Origin: a virus
Reading direction: 5' to 3' (one strand)
DNA length: 64,000 bases
Virus record (IMG/VR): IMGVR_UViG_3300030419_002087
Span: 54,935 to 118,934 of that record
Positions 48,582 to 57,694 of this stretch are shown one piece after another. Every line of letters starts with the position of its first letter. Position 1 is the first letter of the stretch. The translations under genes and the position numbers were made by a program. The notes under the pieces were generated by a model. It searched no databases, had not been told where the DNA came from, and saw nothing but the letters and a program-made list of their open reading frames with translations.

Positions 48582-48624
48582 GCTGCACAAGACCCCTTCA
48601 CTGGGGTCTTTTTTTGTGTATAAT
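48569..48624 (+). promoter_or_regulatory. Terminator-like hairpin plus early promoter (copy 2)
   Basis: GACAGTTCAATAAGCTGCAC, hairpin AAGACCCC/GGGGTCTT plus T run, TGTGTATAAT. Confidence 0.6.
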
Positions 48625-48651
48625 TATTATATACATAACTAATTGACTTAA

Positions 48652-49704
48652 ATGATTCCTGCTGATCTTGTAAACTCTCTAAGAGATACTTATGGTACTC
48701 GTGTTACTACTGGAGATATTAGAGCCTTCTGTGCAATGAGAGGCCATAGATACCAAACAGTAACAAAGAGACTGGAGAGTTATAAGGTTAAGCGTGGTGT
48801 ATGGGAATTGACAGTAAAAGAAGCTAGAAAACAATTAGAAAAAACAGTAGCAACAACTACTGTAGAGAAACAAAATTTAGTACCGTCATCCGATAATACC
48901 TTTGTCAAGTTTGGTAATTTCAATGATATAAAGAAGATTATTTCTTCACGTAGATTCTATCCTGTATTCATTACTGGACTCTCTGGTAATGGTAAGACAA
49001 TGGGTGTAGAACAAGCATGTTCACAAATAAATAGAGAGTTAATACGTGTAAATATCACAATAGAAACAGATGAAGACGATCTTATTGGTGGTTTCCGTCT
49101 CATTAATGGTAACACTGTTTGGCATAATGGCCCAGTCGTTGAAGCTTTGGAGAGGGGAGCTGTACTCCTTTTAGATGAAATAGATCTTGCATCTAATAAG
49201 ATTCTTTGCTTACAATCTATCCTTGAGGGTAAAGGTGTATTCCTTAAAAAGGTAGGTCGTTATGTGAAACCAGCTGCTGGATTTAATGTTATCGCAACTG
49301 CAAACACAAAAGGTAAAGGTTCTGAGGATGGTCGTTTTATTGGAACTAATGTTCTTAATGAGGCTTTCTTAGAAAGATTTCCAATTACTTTAGAACAAGA
49401 ATATCCATCTTCTAAGATCGAACAGAAAATTTTGGAGAATCAATGTAGTGATGCAGTTTTCTGTAAGAGACTTACAGATTGGGCTGATATTATTCGTAAA
49501 ACATTTTTTGAAGGTGGAGTTGATGAAATTATATCAACTCGTAGATTAGTACATATTGTTCAGGCCTATAACATATTTGGTGATAAGTTAAAAGCTATTA
49601 AAGTGTGTGTTAATCGTTTTGATGATGAAACCAAACAATCCTTTTTAGATTTGTATGATAAAGTTGATGAAACAGTTGACATCCATACCGAGGAAGTGGT
49701 ATGA
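48652..49704 (+). CDS. cobS: CobS-like MoxR-family AAA+ ATPase
   Basis: GLSGNGKT, LLLDEIDL, ATANTKGKG, NEAFLERF, ISTRRL. Confidence 0.9.
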   Translation: MIPADLVNSLRDTYGTRVTTGDIRAFCAMRGHRYQTVTKRLESYKVKRGVWELTVKEARKQLEKTVATTTVEKQNLVPSSDNTFVKFGNFNDIKKIISSRRFYPVFITGLSGNGKTMGVEQACSQINRELIRVNITIETDEDDLIGGFRLINGNTVWHNGPVVEALERGAVLLLDEIDLASNKILCLQSILEGKGVFLKKVGRYVKPAAGFNVIATANTKGKGSEDGRFIGTNVLNEAFLERFPITLEQEYPSSKIEQKILENQCSDAVFCKRLTDWADIIRKTFFEGGVDEIISTRRLVHIVQAYNIFGDKLKAIKVCVNRFDDETKQSFLDLYDKVDETVDIHTEEVV

Positions 49705-50486
49705 TAAATTCATGGAGCCTATTACATGATGTGCTTAATGGAACAATTGACAAGGAGTACCCTATTATGACTGATAAAGAAGAACATTCTGATGCTTGGT
49801 ATGATTACAAACGTAATGATCCAGATAGGGAAAACCCATTCACTGATCCAAAGGACAGAGAAAGAGCTGAAAGAGTTGTTAATGCATCGAGATCAAAAGA
49901 TATAGATTTAGATAAAGAATTAGATTGGATAGAAAAGAGTGGTGGATATGAGTGGACGCCTGGTAGTCCTTGGCCACCTAATGTAGAACTTGCTGATGTT
50001 GATGATAGATCAGCACATCATTTTAATTACCCTTACAATAGTGGTTTTGAAAATGTATCACTTAATGATGTTGAAGCCCCGCCTTGGGTTTATGAATCAC
50101 CTGATGGAGGTGAAACAGTAACAAGAAGAAAATTCGGATCTATGGATAAAGAAGTTATTAAAAAACCAGAACCAGATTTGGGATATAAGTCTCAAAAGTA
50201 TGAAGAAGATAAAGGTATGAAAGACCTTAAAGATTATATTTCTTCAACATATTCTGGACATTATACTTCAGATCAAAATAGTACACAGACTTTAGATCTT
50301 ATTCAGTCTGTAGGTGATGCAGAGTCCTTCTGTCGTTCTAATGCCATTAAGTATCTTGCGAGGTATGATAGGAAAGGATCAGCAAAACGTGATATACTAA
50401 AGGCAATGCACTATTGCTTACTTCTTTATTATTTTAGTGGACAAACAAATGAAAATGAAATCCAACGTGGCTATGAAACTTTCTAA
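49701..50486 (+). CDS. Hypothetical protein with C-terminal DUF3310-like domain
   Basis: YSGHY...FCRSNAIKYLARY..KG...DILKA.HY; TTGACA-18-TATGAT promoter candidate at 49676-49705. Confidence 0.7.
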   Translation: MINSWSLLHDVLNGTIDKEYPIMTDKEEHSDAWYDYKRNDPDRENPFTDPKDRERAERVVNASRSKDIDLDKELDWIEKSGGYEWTPGSPWPPNVELADVDDRSAHHFNYPYNSGFENVSLNDVEAPPWVYESPDGGETVTRRKFGSMDKEVIKKPEPDLGYKSQKYEEDKGMKDLKDYISSTYSGHYTSDQNSTQTLDLIQSVGDAESFCRSNAIKYLARYDRKGSAKRDILKAMHYCLLLYYFSGQTNENEIQRGYETF

Positions 50487-51135
50487 CAACACAACAAACA
50501 TCCTTAAGAATTTCTCTCAGATTAATCAGTCTATTCTTATTAAACAAGGTAATAAGTTAAAGACTATTTCTGTAATGAAAAATATTCTTGCAGAGGCCGA
50601 GGTTGAGGAAGACTTTGAACAGGACTTTGCGATCTATGATCTAAATCAGTTCCTTAGTGGTCTTAGTCTTTATGATGCACCTGATCTAGATTTTGGTGAA
50701 TCATACCTTACAATCCGTGATGGCCGTCGTAGGGCTAAGTATTTCTTTGCAGATCCATCTGTCATTGTATCTCCACCAGAAAAGGAAATTACATTACCCA
50801 CTAGAGATGTTTGTTTTACTGTTGCAACTCAACAGTTAGATAAACTTCTTAAAGCTGCATCAATTTATCAGGTTCCTGATTTATCTGTTGTTTCTCGTGA
50901 TGGTAAGGTTCTTTTGGTAGTACGTGATAAGAAGAATGATACTTCTCATGAATTCAGTGAAGAAGTTGGTGAGACTTCAGAAGAATTTTCCTTCAACTTT
51001 AAGGTAGAGAATATTAAGATTATTCCCGGCGCTTATGATGTTGTTATCTCAAGTAAACTACTTGCAGAATTTACAAATAAGAATACCGACCTTAAGTATT
51101 ATATTGCATTAGAACCAGATTCCACTTTTGGTTAA
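50473..51135 (+). CDS. gp45: Sliding clamp gp45
   Basis: MKLS..T.NILKNFSQINQSIL, FAIYDLNQFL, YYIALEPDS. Confidence 0.95.
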   Translation: MKLSNNTTNILKNFSQINQSILIKQGNKLKTISVMKNILAEAEVEEDFEQDFAIYDLNQFLSGLSLYDAPDLDFGESYLTIRDGRRRAKYFFADPSVIVSPPEKEITLPTRDVCFTVATQQLDKLLKAASIYQVPDLSVVSRDGKVLLVVRDKKNDTSHEFSEEVGETSEEFSFNFKVENIKIIPGAYDVVISSKLLAEFTNKNTDLKYYIALEPDSTFG

Positions 51136-51233
51136 TGGATTCCCAAATTGTATGGTCTATAATATGGATGATAGTGATACTTCTTATTGGAGTATCCTAT
51201 TCAATCTACTTGATATTTACGTATGATGATTAA
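51135..51233 (+). CDS. Possible 32-aa single-TM peptide
   Basis: MDSQIVWSIIWMIVILLIGVSYSIYLIFTYDD; TAATG coupling to gp45. Confidence 0.5.
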   Translation: MDSQIVWSIIWMIVILLIGVSYSIYLIFTYDD

Positions 51234-51393
51234 GTTATGGAGGATATGGAAGTATGCACTGGGTAGTTTCTCTGACGAAAAAACTAAACGATACGACAAT
51301 CACGTTGTTCTGGTACGTACTTTTATTTTCATTTCTTATCTCACTACTAACTGTTTTATTATTAGCGGAGTAATCCGTCATTGGAATGATTAA
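51223..51393 (+). CDS. Small conserved membrane protein (56 aa)
   Basis: WRIWKYALGSFSDEKT..YD...RT...TNCFIISGVIRHW; ends directly before the gp44 ATG. Confidence 0.6.
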   Translation: MMIKLWRIWKYALGSFSDEKTKRYDNHVVLVRTFIFISYLTTNCFIISGVIRHWND

Positions 51394-52338
51394 ATGAGAG
51401 ATGAATTTCTATGGGTTGAAAAATATCGCCCTAAAACTATTGATGACTGTATACTCCCAGAAACTACTAAGAAGACTTTTAAAGACTTTTTAGCTAAAGG
51501 GGAGATACCTAATTTACTTCTTGCAGGCCCTGCTGGTTGTGGTAAGACCACTATAGCTCGTGCTTTATGTGAAGAGTTGGGTTCGGATTATATTATAATT
51601 AATGGATCGGATGAAGGAAGATTCCTAGATACAGTTAGGAATCAAGCCAAAAACTTTGCTTCTACAGTATCACTCCAACAGAGTAATACTCACAAAGTCG
51701 TCATCATTGACGAGGCCGATAATACAACCCACGATGTTCAACTCCTCCTCAGAGCCAACATTGAGTCCTTCTATAAGAATTGCAGGTTTATATTCACATG
51801 CAATTACAAGAACAAGATCATTGAACCGCTCCATTCAAGGTGTGCCGTCGTTGACTTCACAATCAGTGGAGGATCGAAACCCGCAATCGCTGCTGCTTTC
51901 TTCCAACGACTTAACGACATCTTGGACAGTGAACGGATTGAAGCTGATAAGAAAGTCTTACTCGAACTCATCAATAAGCACTTCCCAGACTGGAGAAGAG
52001 TCCTAAATGAGTGCCAACGATATTCTGTTGGTGGTAAGATAGATAGTGCCATTTTAGCCGAGTTCTCTGACGTTAAAGTAAATGACCTTATTAAGAACCT
52101 TAAAGAGAAAAACTTTTCTGAAGTACGTAAGTGGGTCAACAGTAATCTGGACAATGATCCTTCTGTACTTCTTAGGCGTGTTTACGATGGTCTTACTACA
52201 TCCGTGGACGGCCCTAGCCTTGCTGCTGCTGTCCTCATTATTGCTAAGTATCAGTATCAGATTGCCTTTGTGGCGGATCAGGAAATTAATCTCATTGCTG
52301 CTTTGACTGAGATTATGGTTGAATGTAAATTCCGATGA
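51394..52338 (+). CDS. gp44: Clamp loader large subunit gp44
   Basis: LWVEKYRP, GPAGCGKTT, IIDEAD, PLHSRC. Confidence 0.96.
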   Translation: MRDEFLWVEKYRPKTIDDCILPETTKKTFKDFLAKGEIPNLLLAGPAGCGKTTIARALCEELGSDYIIINGSDEGRFLDTVRNQAKNFASTVSLQQSNTHKVVIIDEADNTTHDVQLLLRANIESFYKNCRFIFTCNYKNKIIEPLHSRCAVVDFTISGGSKPAIAAAFFQRLNDILDSERIEADKKVLLELINKHFPDWRRVLNECQRYSVGGKIDSAILAEFSDVKVNDLIKNLKEKNFSEVRKWVNSNLDNDPSVLLRRVYDGLTTSVDGPSLAAAVLIIAKYQYQIAFVADQEINLIAALTEIMVECKFR

Positions 52339-52520
52339 GAATGAACAATGAAACTAAACTGGTGTTTGCTCTTGAACATGTTGCACACCTTGAAGATCTC
52401 ATAGAAGGTAACGAGTATGAACAATACTTAGAACGAAGTCTATCAACTATGAAGTATGAGTTTGAAAGACAATTATCAAATGAAAGACACCGCAAAGAGA
52501 GGAAAAATGCCAATTTATAG
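52335..52520 (+). CDS. Small hypothetical protein
   Basis: Coupled ORF after gp44. Confidence 0.6.
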   Translation: MRMNNETKLVFALEHVAHLEDLIEGNEYEQYLERSLSTMKYEFERQLSNERHRKERKNANL

Positions 52521-52809
52521 AGACTATGAGATTCGTATTAATCTCAATGAATTAATTGAGAAAAGAATCCCAGCGTGTAATCTTACACATAAAGATCATT
52601 GTCTAACTGAAGCTCAGATAGCAGATATTGCCCATGATATAAACATGGATTTGAATCTACATCCTATCTACGAACAGATAGACAAACATATAATGGCCTA
52701 TGTTAAGGCTGCTAATATTGATAACTCAGAACACTGGGTAGAAGAACAGTTACCTGATCTTCATGGCCCTGATTTTAATATTGATGAACGATCAATTGAC
52801 TTTGATTAA
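52507..52809 (+). CDS. Hypothetical protein (paralog A)
   Basis: MPIYRDYEIRINLNELIE; similar N-terminus to the next ORF. Confidence 0.65.
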   Translation: MPIYRDYEIRINLNELIEKRIPACNLTHKDHCLTEAQIADIAHDINMDLNLHPIYEQIDKHIMAYVKAANIDNSEHWVEEQLPDLHGPDFNIDERSIDFD

Positions 52810-52811
52810 TT

Positions 52812-53144
52812 ATGGCAATCTATAGGACAAATGAAATCCGAATTGATCTTAATGAACTTGTATCTATTCGATCTTCATTTCTTGGTGAGAAATTATCCGA
52901 AGAGGATATAGAAACTCTTGGTGATACTCTTAAATATAGTCTCACTTTTGATACAATATATGGGATGATAGATCAAGCAATCCTTGAGTATCTTGATAAG
53001 GATGAGAATCATTATGGTGAGATACAACCTGAACCTGGCCGTGAGGCTATGTTGAATGAGATTGAAAAGAATAAGAAACAATTTGAAATGGTTGATTTAG
53101 TATCACCATCATGGACAATCCAAGTACCAAGGAGGAAGAAATGA
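52812..53144 (+). CDS. Hypothetical protein (paralog B)
   Basis: MAIYRTNEIRIDLNELVS. Confidence 0.65.
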   Translation: MAIYRTNEIRIDLNELVSIRSSFLGEKLSEEDIETLGDTLKYSLTFDTIYGMIDQAILEYLDKDENHYGEIQPEPGREAMLNEIEKNKKQFEMVDLVSPSWTIQVPRRKK

Positions 53145-53689
53145 GAGAAGCATTTCTAGAACTTTTAAAGACATATGCTTTAAAAAGAGGTAAGTTCAAA
53201 TTATCATCTGGTAGGAATAGTAATCATTATATAAATTGCAAACCTGTTACCTTAAGTGGTGAAGGTCTTCGATATGTTTGCCCAATGCTTCTTCAGTGCA
53301 TCGAGGAAGGGTCTGTGGCGGTTGCCGGCATGACAATGGGTGCAGATCCCTTAGTGACTGGTGTTACTATATGTGCAGGTTTTAATAAACAAAAAATGGA
53401 TGCTCTTATAGTTCGTAAAGAACCTAAAGGTCATGGTACAGATGCATGGATTGAAGGCCCAACATTACCTAAAGGATCTGTAGTAACTGTATTAGAAGAT
53501 GTTATTACAACTGGTGGATCTTCTATTAAAGCTGCAGACAAATTGAGAGATATGGGTTATACTGTTAATCGTATAGTTTCTATAGTTAATCGTCAAGTCA
53601 ATGGAGAAGCCGATTCTGCTATGGAAGAAGCTGGATTAGAACTAATCAGTATCTACAGTATAGAGGAATTATTGCATGATTCTGAATGA
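53141..53689 (+). CDS. pyrE: Orotate phosphoribosyltransferase
   Basis: GKFKLSSG..S.HYINCK, VRKEPKGHG, PRPP motif VLEDVITTGGS; AGGAGG RBS before 53141. Confidence 0.93.
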   Translation: MREAFLELLKTYALKRGKFKLSSGRNSNHYINCKPVTLSGEGLRYVCPMLLQCIEEGSVAVAGMTMGADPLVTGVTICAGFNKQKMDALIVRKEPKGHGTDAWIEGPTLPKGSVVTVLEDVITTGGSSIKAADKLRDMGYTVNRIVSIVNRQVNGEADSAMEEAGLELISIYSIEELLHDSE

Positions 53690-54827
53690 AATTGATGCGG
53701 AATATGCCGCAAATATATTCATCGATTACTTTTCTAATATGGATCGTATTGATGAATATCTTCGTAATGTAAAGATTGAGAGAGTTCTCAATCGTAGTCC
53801 TCTTTCTCAGTTCTATGAGGAGGAGGATACTCATGGTATGTTTACTTCCTTTGATATGCATCCAGAGGATATGGATATTGCATGTTATGAGGCCGTAGAT
53901 TTAAAGAAGACAAGTGGTAAGGTATCTGGTATTAGATCCTTAAGAGAGTTTAATGAGAAATTACAGATCACAACTTCTCATGCTATAGAAGATTCTGTGC
54001 CTGGAAAATCTCTTAAGTGGATGGTAGTTGAGAAGAATACTAATACCATTCTGGGTTTTTGTAGGTTTGGTTCTCCAACTATTAATTCTAAACCACGTAA
54101 TATATGGTTAGGTACTACTCCAGATCTTACGATATTTAATCGTCATGCCATCATGGGGTTTATTATTGTACCTACACAACCATTTGGATACAATTATCTT
54201 GGTGGTAAATTATTGGCCATGTTATGTTGTAGTCATGAGGTTAGAGAGATATTAAATAGAAAGTATGATGCAGATATTTGTCATTTTGAGACTACATCTC
54301 TTTATGGTTCTACCAAGAGTTCATCTCAGTATGACGGTTTAAAACCTATCATGAGATACAAAGGTCTTACTGATAGTAATTTTACACCATTGCTTCATGA
54401 TAATATTTTTAAGGAGTTAAACAGATGGTTTATAGAACGGAACAACGGAGAAACTCTAGTCAAGATAGACGCATCGAGTCGCAAGTTGAAAACACAACAA
54501 CGGATGATAGCTATCATCAAGAAGAACTTAAGTTCTCAAAAGGGTGTGGAATTCCAGACTGCGATTGCAAATGCAACAGCACTAACTGAGAAGAAGAGAA
54601 CATATTTTTCTGATTATGGTTTTTCAAATGTCCGTGAGGTTTTACTTGGTGAAGATAAACAACTTGTAGAGAATCCCCAGAACTTTGATAAGTTCTATAT
54701 GGAGTCTGTTGTAGCGAAATGGAAAAAGATGGCCTCTAAGAGATATAACAAACTTAAATCTTCTGGTAATTTAAGAACAGAATTGGAGGTTTGGACTAAA
54801 GATATGGACATTCAAATTATAAGATAA
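53676..54827 (+). CDS. DUF4338/DruA-like protein
   Basis: VPTQPFGYNYLGGKLLA, ETTSLYG, SSQYDG motifs. Confidence 0.65.
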   Translation: MILNEIDAEYAANIFIDYFSNMDRIDEYLRNVKIERVLNRSPLSQFYEEEDTHGMFTSFDMHPEDMDIACYEAVDLKKTSGKVSGIRSLREFNEKLQITTSHAIEDSVPGKSLKWMVVEKNTNTILGFCRFGSPTINSKPRNIWLGTTPDLTIFNRHAIMGFIIVPTQPFGYNYLGGKLLAMLCCSHEVREILNRKYDADICHFETTSLYGSTKSSSQYDGLKPIMRYKGLTDSNFTPLLHDNIFKELNRWFIERNNGETLVKIDASSRKLKTQQRMIAIIKKNLSSQKGVEFQTAIANATALTEKKRTYFSDYGFSNVREVLLGEDKQLVENPQNFDKFYMESVVAKWKKMASKRYNKLKSSGNLRTELEVWTKDMDIQIIR

Positions 54828-55207
54828 TGGAACTCAAACAGTGGCTTAATTCTATCAATCTAGTTAAGAATGATTTGATGGAAGAGGATCCTGATAACAT
54901 ACGTCAGTTTTCTCCTTTTATTATAAACAAGTGCATGTCTGGTCACATAGACACGGTAATGATTGCGAATGAGATGAACCTCAATCATGGCCTTGATAAA
55001 GATATGCAATATAAATTTTATCTAAATAGTGTGAGAAAAAGGAAGAGATATTCTCCCTGGCTCCGAAAGGATAAAGTCAAGGATCTTGATGTGGTCAAAT
55101 CATACTATGGTTATAGTAATGAAAAAGCCCAACAAGCCCTCCGCATTTTATCACCAGAACAAATTGACTACATTAAATCTAAACTTGAAACTGGAGGAAA
55201 AAAATGA
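54827..55207 (+). CDS. gp62: Clamp loader small subunit gp62
   Basis: WLNSIN, PFIINKC, KRKRYSPW, YYGYSNEKA. Confidence 0.93.
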   Translation: MELKQWLNSINLVKNDLMEEDPDNIRQFSPFIINKCMSGHIDTVMIANEMNLNHGLDKDMQYKFYLNSVRKRKRYSPWLRKDKVKDLDVVKSYYGYSNEKAQQALRILSPEQIDYIKSKLETGGKK

Positions 55208-55635
55208 GTGTAACGGAACCTGAAATCCGTTGGTCGCCCGATCAGATGGTCGAGGTCATACTCAAAGAACCAGATGATTTCTTAAAGGTGAGGGAGACTC
55301 TAACAAGAATTGGAGTAGCATCCAGAAAAGAAAAGAAGTTATATCAATCTTGTCACATTCTGCATAAACAAGGTAAGTATTTTATAGTTCACTTTAAAGA
55401 ACTATTTGCATTAGATGGTAAGAAGGCCAATCTAACAGTTAATGATGTCCAACGTAGAAATAGAATCACCAATCTTTTAAGTGACTGGGGCTTAATTGAT
55501 GTTGTTAGTGGAGATAGTGTTAAAGAAGTTGCTCCATTAAATCAGATAAAAGTTCTTGCCTATAAAGAGAAGAATGATTGGGCATTAGAAACTAAGTACA
55601 ACATCGGTAAGAAGAAGAAGGCGGAGGAGTCTTAA
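55204..55635 (+). CDS. regA: Translational repressor RegA
   Basis: PDDFLKVRETLTRIG, LYQSCHILHKQGKYFIVHFKELFALDG. Confidence 0.97.
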   Translation: MSVTEPEIRWSPDQMVEVILKEPDDFLKVRETLTRIGVASRKEKKLYQSCHILHKQGKYFIVHFKELFALDGKKANLTVNDVQRRNRITNLLSDWGLIDVVSGDSVKEVAPLNQIKVLAYKEKNDWALETKYNIGKKKKAEES

Positions 55636-56249
55636 TGGATTATAATGTTATTACGTTATTTCCTAAGACTCTTGCTATATCACCAAACCCAATATTAGAA
55701 ATATCTAAAGAGGATTTAGACTATATTAATTCTCTCGAATTTACTAATAATGAGGGTAATCAAGTTAGCAGTTCTATTACTGTCTTAGAAGATGATTACT
55801 TTGAAAGTTGGCATGGGAAGATAACATCACAGATTGAGTATTTTACAAGAGATATACTCAAGATTCCAAGTACAGTTGGTTGGAGAGTAACTACTTCTTG
55901 GGTTAATAGAACTAGAGTTGGCGGATACCACCATTGGCATAATCATCCCAATTCATTTATTTCTGGTATCATTGCATTAACAGATAATAATAGAGTTGAG
56001 TTTGCTAGTTCTTGGCCTATATTTCCAGGCTGGATGCCTGATTACGATGAGATTAATATTCACAATGCAGAGAATATGAGTATGACTATGCAGACAGCTG
56101 GAACAATGTGTTTGTTCCCATCTTCTACGATGCACAGTGTACCTAGATTTGTTCCTGCTAAAGAAGATGATGTTAGGTTATCATTATCATTTAATTTAAT
56201 AGCTGATGGGCCTTTCTGTACTAGAGGAGTTAACTCTCTTAACATTTAG
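55635..56249 (+). CDS. Putative 2OG-Fe(II) oxygenase (TIGR02466-like)
   Basis: SWVN, H.HPNSFISG, LFPS...HSVP, RLSLSFN. Confidence 0.8.
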   Translation: MDYNVITLFPKTLAISPNPILEISKEDLDYINSLEFTNNEGNQVSSSITVLEDDYFESWHGKITSQIEYFTRDILKIPSTVGWRVTTSWVNRTRVGGYHHWHNHPNSFISGIIALTDNNRVEFASSWPIFPGWMPDYDEINIHNAENMSMTMQTAGTMCLFPSSTMHSVPRFVPAKEDDVRLSLSFNLIADGPFCTRGVNSLNI

Positions 56250-56348
56250 TACGGTATATACGATATCATTATTAGAAGGATCTCTTATAATTAGTTACGT
56301 CGCCGAAAGGGACAACAAAACACAAACTCGCTCATAGGAGGAGCTATT

Positions 56349-56780
56349 ATGGGAAACCTAATAAGGTATCGTGCTGCCGATCTGCCCGAATTAATGGATC
56401 GGATTTCCAAAAACAGCATAGGAATGGATGATTATTTTGATCGTTTCTTCCAGATGGGAGACATCAACAGTAACTATCCTCCATACAATCTAGTACAAAT
56501 TGATAACATTAAATCTAGATTAGAAGTTGCACTGGCAGGATTCAACAAGAAAGAGATAACAGTTTACACAGAGTATGGTAAACTAATTGTTGAAGGTAAG
56601 AAGGAAGATAAAGAAGAAGAACAGTATCTACATAGAGGACTTGCACAAAGATCCTTCAAAAGGATCTGGTCTATGTCCGAGGATACTGAAGTTAATAATG
56701 TTGTCTTTAAAGACGGTATGTTAGTTGTGGATCTTGGAAAAGTTATTCCAGAACATCATGCTCGTAGGGATTACCTTTGA
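56349..56780 (+). CDS. hsp20: Small heat shock protein Hsp20
   Basis: NYPPYNL, LEVALAGF, YLHRGLAQRSF, DGML...L.KVIPEH. Confidence 0.93.
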   Translation: MGNLIRYRAADLPELMDRISKNSIGMDDYFDRFFQMGDINSNYPPYNLVQIDNIKSRLEVALAGFNKKEITVYTEYGKLIVEGKKEDKEEEQYLHRGLAQRSFKRIWSMSEDTEVNNVVFKDGMLVVDLGKVIPEHHARRDYL

Positions 56781-57229
56781 AGAAGTTAATCCCAGCAGAT
56801 GATCCCTTACTACATGGAAAAATAAAGAAGTGTAGTTATGATTTAGATCGTCATGAACTATCTAAAACATTAAGGGAAAATATGGCTCACCACAATGGGG
56901 TGGGCCTTTCTGCTAATCAGATTGGAATATGTGAGAGAGTATTTGTAATGGTTTCGGATATGGAAACTCAAGAAACTATTACGTGTTTCAATCCTAAAAT
57001 ATTAAAAGAATCTAAAGAAAAAATACTATTTGAGGAAGGATGTCTTTCTTTTCCTGACATATTTCTAAAGATAGAAAGGCCTAGTTCAGTTGTTGTTAAA
57101 TATGAGGATGAAGAAAAACATATACATAAGGTTAAGATGAGTGGTTTCATAGCGAGGATATTCCAACACGAATATGATCATATGGAAGGCATCGATTTTA
57201 CACAAAGAATAGAACATGAAAGATCTTAA
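56777..57229 (+). CDS. def: Peptide deformylase
   Basis: GVGLSANQIG, EGCLS, QHEYDHMEG; short C-terminus typical of phage PDFs. Confidence 0.95.
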   Translation: MKKLIPADDPLLHGKIKKCSYDLDRHELSKTLRENMAHHNGVGLSANQIGICERVFVMVSDMETQETITCFNPKILKESKEKILFEEGCLSFPDIFLKIERPSSVVVKYEDEEKHIHKVKMSGFIARIFQHEYDHMEGIDFTQRIEHERS

Positions 57230-57461
57230 GATTCCATTTGCAGTAATATCATTCCTTATTCTTCAAGGTGCTGGTGCAGTATGGTGGTCATCACAAATTG
57301 ATGGCAGAGTTAAAACTCTTGAAGAAAAGAGTCTTAATATAGCTCAAGAGAATCGTAGATATATCAGAGAGGTTATAATGCCTTCATATAATATAAGTGA
57401 AGGATGGAATAACCCACACTATGAAGCATGGTTAAAATCAGGAGGTTGGAAGACAAAATAA
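57216..57461 (+). CDS. Small membrane-anchored hypothetical protein
   Basis: N-terminal hydrophobic segment with VWW, then a coiled coil. Confidence 0.6.
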   Translation: MKDLKIPFAVISFLILQGAGAVWWSSQIDGRVKTLEEKSLNIAQENRRYIREVIMPSYNISEGWNNPHYEAWLKSGGWKTK

Positions 57462-57465
57462 CCCC

Positions 57466-57494
57466 TTGCCATCTTTCATGGGATCGTATATAAT
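57466..57494 (+). promoter_or_regulatory. Sigma70-type promoter for the ncRNA
   Basis: TTGCCA-17 nt-TATAAT. Confidence 0.75.
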
Positions 57495-57522
57495 TCCTGT
57501 GTTGGGCCGACGGGTTCGACAC

Positions 57523-57694
57523 GGAAGTGACTGAAGAACCCTGTTGGAATTAGGCGGGGTAAAGTATTGGGTCAGGCGTGGTGGCCGCTGGCATTGTCCA
57601 GAATCCTTACCAAGGGGACTCAAGTTGTAATGAACCTTACATCGCACACTAGCGATTCCCGTTACTTGAGGGTAAAATGAATTCCCTCCTTCCA
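57523..57694 (+). ncRNA. manA-like RNA motif
   Basis: GC-rich intergenic block; closing helix GGAAG/CTTCC, GTGACTGAA, GTGGTG.CCGCT, ACC, CCCGTTA and a terminal GAGGG/CCCTC hairpin match my recollection of the cyanophage manA RNA layout. Confidence 0.7.

Noticed and set aside
53676-54827. Complete Druantia defence system
   Set aside because: Only a lone DUF4338-like gene is present; no DruE-type helicase or partners.
57498-57530. GGTTCGA suggesting a tRNA T-loop
   Set aside because: No cloverleaf can be built; it is part of a simple leader hairpin.
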